Below, piece by piece: positions 19,929 to 30,000 of a DNA stretch of 64,000 bases. Location of the stretch: assembly GCA_965226795.1 (NCBI GenBank), contig CBDDDZ010000005.1, forward strand, positions 1-64,000, read 5' to 3'. This stretch comes from Candidatus Latescibacterota bacterium (GTDB taxonomy: Bacteria; Latescibacterota; UBA2968; GCA-2709665). Every line of letters starts with the position of its first letter. The first letter of the stretch is position 1. The position numbers and the translations under genes are program-made. The notes below the pieces were generated by a model, which saw only the letters and a list, made by a program, of their open reading frames with translations, ran no database searches and had not been told where the DNA came from.

Positions 19929-22604
19929 TCATTGGCGTATGGTACTAACAACACGTCCCTGCGGGTCAATCACGTAGATGGGTTCATTCATTAGCCCGGC
20001 GCCGCACGTCAGCTCGGGCTCCGCGTGAGCCGGCGAACCTTCGCCCCACGTCCGTTGGTTATCCGGGAGATCGAAAGTTACGCCACGGCCCCAGATGCGT
20101 TCGGCGTCTTCAAAACGACCCGTTCGGTCGTCTCCGAGAATGGAAGGCGCTGAAACGGCGATTTTCGCGACTGCCTTACCGGCGGCGCCCGGCAGGTTGT
20201 ATGCATCCGCCTGGGTGACATCCACGCCATAGCCGAGATCGGCCAGAGACTGAACCGTGATTGTGCTGAGCGCCCCTGTGCCGGTTGGCGTCATCAATTC
20301 GTCGCCGAACACGCCTCCCCTCCAATGCGACTCATCCTTTTGTAACGGCACTTTCGCATTCTTGTAGTCTCGTCCGCCCGCGTTGTCGAAAGCGGCAGTG
20401 GCCAACGGGCCGTTGAAGTGCGTGTCTCCATTTAGCGGATTCTGGTAGAAGCTGAACTCGTTCCATACGTTATTCACAAACCCAAGAACGTGCCCGATCT
20501 CGTGGAGTCCTGTAATCAGCAAATTGGCGTGGCTCAAATCGAACGCCATGCATCCAACGACGGGCAGATGAGACTCCTCGCGCAACAGAGATGGACCTCC
20601 ATGCCCTAAAATTCCTCCACCCTTGAAGGTGCTCACATAGATCCGCAGGTCGTCTATCCGCTCACCCGAGGGAATATTGAACGACTGTCCGCCGCACCTG
20701 CCCGACCAACCCTGAGTAAATTCATAGCCCGGCAAGTCCTCGACAATGACCGCCATCCAGCGTCTGGCCACGTACTCGAGCACTTTCTTATGGTTTCCCG
20801 TGAAGGAGTCCAGAAAAACGAGTTCAATGTCAAAGTCGCCGAGGGGGAACACTGTGTCGTAGTACAATGTAGACACGTTGCCCAGAAGGGCGGGAAGGTG
20901 TTCTTTCTTGGACGCGTCGTTCAGGGGATTGCCACGAAGATCCAATGACGCGAGGTTGGTAAGGCCTGTTAGTACTGAGATGTCTGCGATGCTGTTTGCA
21001 AAAAGATCCAGATTAATCAGATTGGTCAAGCCTGCCACTGCCGATATATCTTTGATGTCGTTACTTTTTAGATTGAGCAATTTGAGTTTGGTCAAACCCG
21101 CCAACTGCGAGATGTCCGTGATCTTGCAGCGTATAAGCTGCAGCGCTTCCAGATTGGTCAAGCCCGCCAGCGTCGATATGTCTGGTATGTTGGTGTCGGA
21201 AAACACAAGCTCTCTGAGTTCGGTGAAACCCGCCACCGGCGAAATGTCCGCGATGTTGTTACGGTAAAGCCACAGATTCCGCAGGTTGGCCAAGCCTGCC
21301 AGCGCGGAGATGTCCGTAATGCTGTTATCGGCAAGGTACAGGTCTTCTAGTTTAGTCAATCCTGCCAGAACCGAGATGTCTGTGATTTTGTTTCTGGCAA
21401 GCGTCAGCCATTTCAGATTGGTCAATCCTGCAAGCGCTGATATTTCCGTAATGCTGTTGACCGCAAGCCCAAGGTGTACCAGGTTGGTCAGTCCGGAAAG
21501 TGCCGATAAATCGGAATCCGACAGGTTGTTGCCGTTGAGAGACAGCTCCGTCAGATTGGTCAGACCCTCAACCACCGAGATGTCCTCGATCGCGTTTTGC
21601 CAAAGGATCAACGTTGTCAGGTTTCTGGCGTACTCCAGACCGGTCAGTTCGCGAATGCCGGGTTCATTCGTAAAGTTTGGAGCAACCAGGGAGTCCAAGG
21701 TCGCCATTTCGGCTTGTGTGATCGGCACGCCGTTGGCCTTGTCCAGGGCAGCCTCGATCGCCGCTCGCAGGTTGGCGTCGGGGATAACGACAGCCGGGGA
21801 GGGGGCAAAGGAAACACTCACGCCCCTGGCCTGGAGCGCGGGAATGTGCGTGCTTTGGGATGCGGCGTTCAGGGGGTTGTTTGTGACATCAACCTGACTT
21901 CCCCTGCCCAGTCCCGTGTTCGCCGACAGGGGGGCCAAATTAGATATATGGTTACTCTCAAGAATTAACACTGTCAGATTAGTCAAGCCAGAAAGCGCCG
22001 AGATGTCGGTGATGTTGTTGAGACCAAGACTCAGCCGTGTCAGCTTGGTCAAGCCGGAGAGCGCCGATACGTCAGTGATCTGGTTGGCCCAAAGGCTCAG
22101 GACTGTCAGGTTGGTGGCATACTCCAACCCGGTCAAATCGCTGATGCCCTTTGCACTGGCAAAGAGGCGATGCAATGTCGCCATTTCCGCCTGGGTGATC
22201 GGCACACCGCTGGCCTTGTCCAGGGCAGCCTCGATCGCCGCTCGCAGGTTGGCGTCGGGAATGGCGACGACCGGAGAAGGGACATCTTTACCGAAGTTCT
22301 GCGCGAAGATTACAAAGTCCGAAAAACCGATCTCACCATCGCCATTCAGATCGTGCCGGTCATCGTACTTCTCATCACCGTCACGTGACCCGAATACGCC
22401 CGCGAAGATCAGAAAATCGCCAAAGCCAATTGTCCCGTCGCCGTCGAAGTCAGAAAGAGACGCGTTATTATCTCCATTGGCGTCGACCGCAATCGCATGT
22501 GTTGCTGTACGATCATCATCTGAATTGGCACCGATAGCGGCGTGACAGACAAGCGCCAGTGAAAAAAGGGCGGCACTGAACATAATTCCATTACGCGATG
22601 GCAT
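19929..22604 (-). CDS. Secreted EF-hand/dockerin-like + internalin-type LRR + leishmanolysin(M8)-like Zn metalloprotease
   Basis: Signal peptide, DFDGDG..GFGDF/DLNGDGEIGFSDF, IPDANLR caps, 22-aa LRRs, HEIGHVLG, HW, ELM. Confidence 0.85.
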   Translation of the reverse strand: MPSRNGIMFSAALFSLALVCHAAIGANSDDDRTATHAIAVDANGDNNASLSDFDGDGTIGFGDFLIFAGVFGSRDGDEKYDDRHDLNGDGEIGFSDFVIFAQNFGKDVPSPVVAIPDANLRAAIEAALDKASGVPITQAEMATLHRLFASAKGISDLTGLEYATNLTVLSLWANQITDVSALSGLTKLTRLSLGLNNITDISALSGLTNLTVLILESNHISNLAPLSANTGLGRGSQVDVTNNPLNAASQSTHIPALQARGVSVSFAPSPAVVIPDANLRAAIEAALDKANGVPITQAEMATLDSLVAPNFTNEPGIRELTGLEYARNLTTLILWQNAIEDISVVEGLTNLTELSLNGNNLSDSDLSALSGLTNLVHLGLAVNSITEISALAGLTNLKWLTLARNKITDISVLAGLTKLEDLYLADNSITDISALAGLANLRNLWLYRNNIADISPVAGFTELRELVFSDTNIPDISTLAGLTNLEALQLIRCKITDISQLAGLTKLKLLNLKSNDIKDISAVAGLTNLINLDLFANSIADISVLTGLTNLASLDLRGNPLNDASKKEHLPALLGNVSTLYYDTVFPLGDFDIELVFLDSFTGNHKKVLEYVARRWMAVIVEDLPGYEFTQGWSGRCGGQSFNIPSGERIDDLRIYVSTFKGGGILGHGGPSLLREESHLPVVGCMAFDLSHANLLITGLHEIGHVLGFVNNVWNEFSFYQNPLNGDTHFNGPLATAAFDNAGGRDYKNAKVPLQKDESHWRGGVFGDELMTPTGTGALSTITVQSLADLGYGVDVTQADAYNLPGAAGKAVAKIAVSAPSILGDDRTGRFEDAERIWGRGVTFDLPDNQRTWGEGSPAHAEPELTCGAGLMNEPIYVIDPQGRVVSTIRQ

Positions 22605-23102
22605 ATTCCGGTCTCCTGGCTATCGGTGTTGACAGATCGCTCCTGCTATTCCGACTAAGAATAGTACCTGTCCTAAGCGCAATCTGATTTGTGTGATCCT
22701 CTAATGTGCGATATTTATCAAGAATGTATTACATGTTGCTGATGCCATTCGACACCCGAAATTTGTCCCGTTATCCTTTTTTTGACACGACCGCATTTGC
22801 CGTTGGGCACACGACCCTCAATTGGGTATGGGACTCGCCGCGGTCGGCTCGGCAGCGAATCGTTGAACGGTCTCGCATTCAGCCGGCAGGGGACCGTGAC
22901 CGACTACAAGGGCGGGTCGGGACGAGTGAGATTGTCAGGGGTAGCTGAGTGAGGAAGTCCGGGGAACAAAGAAGGGTCGAGGCGCGCGGCTTCGACCCTT
23001 CTTCAAGTTGTACGATACATCAGATGCGTTTTCCAGTTTTGGGCTGGATTGCTTCGTAATTCGAGGCGCTATCCGGATTTTGCGGTACGGAATCGCGTGG
23101 GG
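22605..23102. repeat. Junction/spacer repeat R1 (promoter block, lon-tail homolog, terminator 22969-23003, selW remnant ~23020-23060)
   Basis: Visual alignment with R0 and R2-R6. Confidence 0.85.
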
Positions 23103-26100
23103 TCATTGACCGATGGTACGAACAACACGTCCCTGCGGGTCAACCACGTAGATGGGTTCATTTATTAAGGCGGCGCCGCACGTCAGCTCGGGCTCCGCGG
23201 ATGCAGGTGGCGCTGCACCCCACATCCTTCGTTCATCCGCGAAATTAAAATTCATGCCAAGGCCCCAGACCCGTTCAGCGCTTTGCAGCCGACCTGTCTG
23301 GCCGTCGTCTCCGACGATCGACGGAAGGTTACTGACTATCCTACCTTGTCCGTACCGTTCGGCGCCGGGAAGGACGTCAGGATATGCCCAAGCGATATCG
23401 AAACCGGGAACGGTGACTGAGGGTTGCGCAAGCGCGATCTTTGCGCTTGCCTGAGTGGCACCGGGGAGGGTATAGGCATCCGCCTGTGCGACATCCACGC
23501 CGTAGCCGAGATCGGCCAGAGACTGAACCGTGATCGCGCTGAGCGCCCCTCCGCCGGAGCTCATGACGTCCCCCGTGCGGAACACAGATGACCTCCAGTG
23601 CCCCCCATCCTGAGACACCGGCACCTTCTTGCCCGTGTAGCCTCGTCCGCCCGCGTCGTCAAAGGCGGCAATCGCCAGCGGGCCGTTGAAGTGCGCGTCC
23701 GCATTCGGATCGTCCCGAGAAAAATTCTGAATGAGGCCGAGATCGTCCCAAATCGTCCCGAACCCCAGAACGTGCGCTGCCTCGTGGAGTGTCAGATACT
23801 GCACATCTTTCGCTTCCGAGTTGAACGCCATGCATCCGAGAACTGGCAGGTGCGTCTCCTCTCGCAACAGGGTGGGGCCACCCCACCCAGCAACTTCCAT
23901 TTCCTCGCGTATCACATAGATCCGCAGGTCGTCTATTCGCTCGCCGGAGGGAATCTCATACGACTGACCGCCGCAGCGTCCGGACCAGTTCTGAGTAAAT
24001 GTATAGTCCGGCAGATCCTTCGTAATAACCGCCATCCAGCGCCTGACCGCCCATTGGAGCTCTTCCTTCTGAGGTTCAGTGAAGGGGCTGAGGAGAACGA
24101 TTTCGATGTCGAAGTCGCCCACCACGCGCCAGAAGTCATACAGAACTGTAACACCGTTGCTCTTGAGGGCAGGAATATGATCGTTGATGGAGGAGTCGCT
24201 GAGGGGGTTTCCCCGAATCGTCAGCGTTGTCAGGCGAGTCAAGCCCACTAGCACCGAGATGTCCCTGATTCTGAAGTTGAACCCAAGATCCAACTCTATC
24301 AGGTGGTTAAAATCCTTCAGCACCGAGATATCCGTGATGTCGTTATCGTCAAGGAACAACCTTTCCAGGTTGGTCAAGCCTGCAAGCACCGAGATATCCG
24401 TGATGTCGTTAAATCTGAGATTCAGGTATGTCAGCTTGGTCAAACCACGAAGCGCCGATATATCCGTGAGGTTGGTATCGCCAAGGAACAAACTTTCCAG
24501 GTTGGTCAAGCCTGCAAGCACCGAGATATCCGTGATGTCGTTAAATCTGAGACTCAGGGATGTCAGCTTGGTCAAACCGCGAAGCGCCGAGATATCCGTG
24601 AGGTCGTTATTGCCAAGGAACAACCTTTCCAGGTTGGTCAAGCCTGCAAGCACCGAGATATCCGTGATGTCGTTATTTCCGAGATTCAGGTATGTCAGCT
24701 TGGTCAAACCACGAAGCGCCGATATATCCGTGAGGTCTGTGCTAATAATCTCCAGCCATGTCAGATCTGTTAAGCCGGAAAGCGCCGAGATGTCCGTGAT
24801 GGGGTTGCCCGATAGGAGCAGCCAGCTCAGATTGGTCAAGCCGGAAAGCGCCGACACGTCCGTGATGCCGTTATGACCAAGCGTCAGCTCTGTCAGGTTG
24901 GTGGCAAACTCCAGCCCGGTCAAATCGCGGATGCCCGCTCCCCACCCGGACAGGTTGGTCAACCTCTTCATGTCAGCCACAGTGATCGGCGCACCGCTGG
25001 CCTTACCTAAAGCCGCCGCGATCGCCGCCCGCAGGTTGGCGTCGGGGATAACGACAGCCGGGGAGGGGGCAAAGGAAACACTCACGCCCCGTGTCTGGAG
25101 CGCAGGAATGTGCATGCTTTCGGATGCAGCGTTCAGTGGGTTGTCAGTGACATCAACGGTAACACCCCTGCCCAGTCCCTTGTTCGCCGCCAGGGGGGCC
25201 AGATCAGATATATGGTTACTCTTAAGTATTAACATTGTCAGGTTAGTCAAGCGGGAAAGCGCCGCGATGTCTGTGATGTTGTTGCGACCAAGACTCAGCC
25301 GTGTCAGGTTGGTCAAGCCCGAAAGCGCCGAGATGTCCTCGATCTGGTTGTTCCAAAGCCACAGTTCTGTCAGGTTGGCCAATTTTGAAAGCGCCGAGAT
25401 GTCTTCAATCCTGTTGTTCGAAAGCCACAGCCGTTCCAGGTTGGTCGATTTCCCAAGTGCCGAGATGTTCGTGATGTTGTTGTCGTTGAGGCTCAGGTAT
25501 GTCAGGTTGACGGCAGACTCCAGTCCGGTTAAATCGTCGATGTCGGCATCGCTGGCTTCGAGACTGTCCATCGTCGCCATTTCGGCCCGGGTGATCGTCG
25601 CATCGCTGTCCTTACTCAGTGCCGTCTCGATCGCCGCGCGCAGGTTGGCGTCGGGGATGGTGACAGCAGGGGCTACAAAAGAGATACTGACCCCCCTGGC
25701 CCGGAGCGACGGAATGTGCGTGATCTGGGATGTGACGTTCAGGGGGTTGTCTGCGACATCAACTGTGTCTTCCCTGCCCAGACCCGTGTTCGCCACCAGG
25801 CTGGCCAGATCAGATATGTTGTTGCTTGAAAGGGCCAAGTGCGTCAGGTTCGTCAAGCCTTCCAGGATTGATATGTCAGTGATTTTGTTGGAAGATAGAT
25901 CCAGCCATTTCAGGTTGACGGCAAACTCCAGCCCGCTCAGATCGCTGATATCTGCATCATTTGCCTCGAGACTGTCCAACGTTGCCATGTCAGCCTGTGT
26001 GATCGGCGCGCCGGTAGCCTTGTCCAAGGCCGCCTCGATCGCCACTCGCAGGTTGGCGTCGGGGATGGTGACCTCCGGGGAGTGTACGTCTTTGCCGAAG

Positions 26101-26408
26101 TTTTGTGCGAAGATCACAAAGTCCGAAAACCCGATCTCGCCATCGCCATTCAGATCATGCGTGGCTTCGTACTTCTCGTCACCCTGTCGCGCTCCGAACA
26201 CCCCCGCGAAGATCACGAAATCGCCGAAGCCAATCGTCCCGTCGCCGTCAAAGTCCGGAATAGACGCGGTATCGTCGCCGTTGGCATCAACGGTGACAGC
26301 ATGTATTGCTGTGCGATCTCCGTCAGCGTCGGATCGGGTCGCGGCGTAACACACAAGCGCCAGCATTGCAAGGGTGGCGCCGAACATAATTCTATATCGC
26401 GATGGCAT
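23103..26408 (-). CDS. Secreted EF-hand/dockerin-like + LRR (three LRR blocks) + M8-like metalloprotease
   Basis: Same architecture as the 19929 gene; HEAAHVLG, GHW, DVM. Confidence 0.85.
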   Translation of the reverse strand: MPSRYRIMFGATLAMLALVCYAATRSDADGDRTAIHAVTVDANGDDTASIPDFDGDGTIGFGDFVIFAGVFGARQGDEKYEATHDLNGDGEIGFSDFVIFAQNFGKDVHSPEVTIPDANLRVAIEAALDKATGAPITQADMATLDSLEANDADISDLSGLEFAVNLKWLDLSSNKITDISILEGLTNLTHLALSSNNISDLASLVANTGLGREDTVDVADNPLNVTSQITHIPSLRARGVSISFVAPAVTIPDANLRAAIETALSKDSDATITRAEMATMDSLEASDADIDDLTGLESAVNLTYLSLNDNNITNISALGKSTNLERLWLSNNRIEDISALSKLANLTELWLWNNQIEDISALSGLTNLTRLSLGRNNITDIAALSRLTNLTMLILKSNHISDLAPLAANKGLGRGVTVDVTDNPLNAASESMHIPALQTRGVSVSFAPSPAVVIPDANLRAAIAAALGKASGAPITVADMKRLTNLSGWGAGIRDLTGLEFATNLTELTLGHNGITDVSALSGLTNLSWLLLSGNPITDISALSGLTDLTWLEIISTDLTDISALRGLTKLTYLNLGNNDITDISVLAGLTNLERLFLGNNDLTDISALRGLTKLTSLSLRFNDITDISVLAGLTNLESLFLGDTNLTDISALRGLTKLTYLNLRFNDITDISVLAGLTNLERLFLDDNDITDISVLKDFNHLIELDLGFNFRIRDISVLVGLTRLTTLTIRGNPLSDSSINDHIPALKSNGVTVLYDFWRVVGDFDIEIVLLSPFTEPQKEELQWAVRRWMAVITKDLPDYTFTQNWSGRCGGQSYEIPSGERIDDLRIYVIREEMEVAGWGGPTLLREETHLPVLGCMAFNSEAKDVQYLTLHEAAHVLGFGTIWDDLGLIQNFSRDDPNADAHFNGPLAIAAFDDAGGRGYTGKKVPVSQDGGHWRSSVFRTGDVMSSGGGALSAITVQSLADLGYGVDVAQADAYTLPGATQASAKIALAQPSVTVPGFDIAWAYPDVLPGAERYGQGRIVSNLPSIVGDDGQTGRLQSAERVWGLGMNFNFADERRMWGAAPPASAEPELTCGAALINEPIYVVDPQGRVVRTIGQ
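24320..24735. repeat. Near-identical 132-bp (two-LRR) tandem repeat, about 3 copies
   Basis: Units start near 24355, 24487 and 24619. Confidence 0.85.
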
Positions 26409-27082
26409 TTTTCCGCTCTCCCCGCTATTTCTGTTGGCAGATCACCTCTGCAATTTTAGTCAAAGACTGCACCTGCCCAAAGCGCAATCTGCTTTGTGGG
26501 ATTCTCTAATGTGCAATATCAATCCACAATGTATACATAATTGGAAATACCAGTCAAGACCGGAAATTTGTCCAAACTTCGTAATTCGTCCCTGTTTCCA
26601 CTTTTTCGCGACATGACCGCAATTGCCGTTGGGCGAACCACGCTCAATTGGGAATGGGACTCGACCGGGTTGCCAGGGTTTCGAATCGGAGAACGGTCAC
26701 GTATTCACCAGGCAGCGGACCGTGATCGACGATCACGGCGTGCGTGGACGAGTGAGACTGACAGGGGTAACTGAGTGAGGAAGTTTCGGAAGTAAAGAAA
26801 GGTCGGGGCGCGGGAGAGCAGCTTCGGCCCTTCATTTTTCTGTAGGGTCGTTCAGACGCGTTTGGAGATTTCGTGCTGAACCTTTTCGTACTCGGGAAGC
26901 GGCTTTCCTTGGGCTTGGAGAAGGCAAGTTCGCCGTCGATCGTGACATCACAACGTCCGCCGCCCAAGGGAATGAGTGTGAAGGTTTGAATATCCTGTTT
27001 GAATTCTCACGGGAATCCGTAGGCCCGCAGAATCTTCCTAACCTGGACGTCGCGAGAGGCAGACCTGCCATGGTGATCGCGC
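26409..27082. repeat. Junction/spacer repeat R2 (terminator 26797-26833)
   Basis: Nearly identical to R3 over ~26600-26850. Confidence 0.9.
26852..27082 (-). pseudogene. Decayed selW/Rdx copy
   Basis: Encodes EFKQDIQTFTLIPLGGGRCDVTIDGELAFSK, a 1-nt frameshift, then PEYEKVQHEISKRV*; homologous to 46272-46508. Confidence 0.85.
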
Positions 27083-30000
27083 TTATTGGCCAAAACTGCT
27101 TGCAAAGATCAGAAAATCACTAAACCCAACCGTGCCATTCCCATCCAGATCGAACCGCGCGTCATACCCCGTGTCGCCCTGGCTCAGCCCGAACTGCGCC
27201 GCGAATTTCAGAAAGTCAGAAAATCCGACGTTCCCGTCGCCGTCGAAGTCGGTAGTGGAGAATGGGGGTGTGATGTAAGGAGCAATGTCCCACTGCAACA
27301 TCGTGCCGTCGCGGCTGCCACTGAACAGGGTCATTCCATCCGGCGAAAACGCCACTGAATTGACGACATTCGAGTGCCCTTTGAGCGTGGCGACCTGTGT
27401 TCGCGAAGCCACGTCCCATAACCTGATCCTGCCGTTTGTCGCCCCGGAGGCCAGCGTGTTCCCATCCGGCGAAAACGCCACCGAATTCGGAAACGGCACC
27501 GAATAGACGCCATAATTCCGGTTTCCTTCGTTTCCTTCGAGCGTGGCGACCTGTGTTCGCGAAGCCACGTCCCATAACCTGATCCTGCCGTTTGTCGCCC
27601 CGGAGGCCAGCGTGTTCCCATCCGGCGAAAACGCCACCGAATTGACGCCAACCGTATGCCCGTCGAATGTGGCGACCTCCGATCGCGTGCCCACGTTCCA
27701 TAACCTGACCGTGCCATCCTTCGATCCTGAGGCCAGCGCCCCGTCGAGCGAAAACGCCACCGAATTCACTTCATCCGTATGTCCCTGAAGTACGGCGACC
27801 ACCGATCGCGTCGCCGCGTCCCACAGCCTTACCGTGCCATCCACGCCCCCTTCAGCCCACCCACCCGCCGTCGCCACCAGTGCCCCGTCGGGCGAAAACG
27901 CCACCGAATTGACCCAACCATTGTGCTCTCTGAGCGTGGCGATCTCTGCTCGCGTGGCCAGGTCCCACAGATGGAGCCGCCTATACGACCCGGCAGCCAG
28001 TGTGCCGCCGTCGGGCGAAAATGCCACCGACCTCAGCGAAAACGGAGCGGTAAACGAGGCATCCCACGAAAGTGTGACAATCCTCGAATGTGTGGATGGG
28101 TTCCATAGGGTAACCTGGCTGTTGCGCGATACGGTGGCGAGGATGGTGCCGTCCCGGGAGAGTGCCATCGAGTTTAGTGACGCATACCCGTAGAGCGTGG
28201 CGGTATTCTCCGTCTCTATATCCCGCAGTCGCACCGTGCCATCCCGCGTGCCCGCAGATGCAAGGGTCGCGCCGTCCGGCGAAAACGCCATTGACGAGAC
28301 TTCTTTCTGTCCTTCGATCAAGGCAAGCCGATCCTGGGTCGCCACGTCCCACAGAACAATTGCGCCATCAAAAGACCCGGTAGCCAAGATGGCGCCATCT
28401 GGCGAAAACACCACCGACTGATCCCAACGACCCGGGTTCTCCAGCGTAGCGATGGGTGATCGCGTGGCCACGTCCCACAGAATCACCGTGCCATCCCATT
28501 GCGCGCCCGCAGATGCAAGGTGTCCCCCTTTGGGCGAATACGCCACCGATGTGACCGGCTTGGTGTGCCCTTGGAGCGTGGCGATCTCGGTACGTGTGGC
28601 CACGTCCCACAGCCGCACCGTGCCATCCTGAAACCCCGATACCAGCCTTGACCCATCCGGCGAGAAAGCCAACTCGCTCAGGCTATATGCGCTATATCCG
28701 TCCCGCGGCACCTCCCACGTGGCAACCTGACGTCTTGTCGCTACCTCCCAAACCCTGATGACCTGATCAGTTGATCCCGATGCCAGAACCGTGCCGTCAG
28801 GCGAAAAGGCCAGCCCATACACAGCGGTCCCATGCCTTAGCGTACCGATGCGATCCCCGGTTTCCACCTCCCATAATTCGACCTCTCCACTGGCCGACCC
28901 CGCGGCAAGGATGCCGCCGGCTGAGAACGCTACTGCATTTACGAGGGAACTCGGCAGCAGCGACAATGCGCGGGCCGTAGCCACCTCGTACAGCCATACG
29001 CCGATGTTGCTGGCCACGGCCAGCGTTCGTCCATCCGGAGATAGGGCTACCGCCCGGTCACCCCATCCGATAGTTCCTTTACCCAGGCGCGCCCCTGCCC
29101 CGTCCGGCAGATGCCACGCCACGTAGTCTCCCTTTAGGACGGTGACTGCGGTTTCCACGCCATCGGCTTGAAAAGTCGCCAATTCTTCACTTCCGATGAA
29201 GACTCCTACGGTGTATGTTCCCGGACGCGGACCCAGCGTCAACGGAATGGCGGCGCGGCCGCTGGCATCGCTGATCACGTGCTGGGCCGTGTACTGGCCG
29301 CTGAGCCTGCCATCGCCACCGGTGACCGTGAAGGTCACCGACGCATCGGGAAGGGGATTGCCGTGTTGATCTTTGACGATCACAACGAGCGGTTGGGCAA
29401 GCACCGACCCCGGCGTGCCATGCTGACCGCCGCCGGAGATGATCTCCAGCGAAAAGGGACGGCGTCGCGTCCACTGGGACGTATCCCACAGATTGACCGT
29501 TTTGTCCCACGACCCCGCAGCCAGGGTGGTGCCATCGGAGGAAAATACCGCCGAAGACACGGGACCCGTATGCCCGGTCAGCGTTGCGATCCGTTCTCGG
29601 GTTCTCACGTCCCACAGATATACCGCTGCGTCTCCCGCACCGGCAGCCAGGATCGCACCGCCGGGGGAAAACGCAAGTGATTGCCACCCCCCGCATTGAA
29701 ATTCGAGCGCGGCGGTCGGAAGCCGCGTCGCCACATCCCACAGCCGCACCGTATTGTCTCCACTGGCACTGGCCAGGGTAGCGCCGTCGGGTGAAAACAC
29801 AACCGAGGCAACATTACGGGGATGTCCTTCAAGCGTGGCGACCTCGGTACGTGTAGCGACGTCCCACAGTCGCACCGTGCCATCGTAGGCCCCTGAGGCG
29901 AGCTTGCCACCATCCGGCGAAAACGACACCGATGTGACGCGATCCGTGTGCCCTTCGAGTGTGGCGACCTCGGTACGTGTAGCGACGTCCCACAGTTTGA

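Noticed and set aside
24898..26349. Long antisense ORFs (this one, 42238-43410, 55031-56338, 46445-47428 and similar)
   Set aside because: Shadow ORFs of GC-rich or repetitive genes with no recognisable motifs.
26644..27071. Small ORFs 26644-26967 and 26832-27071 (and 32004-32327, 32192-32431) as real genes
   Set aside because: They are frameshifted or out-of-frame readings of the decayed selW copy and run through the terminator.
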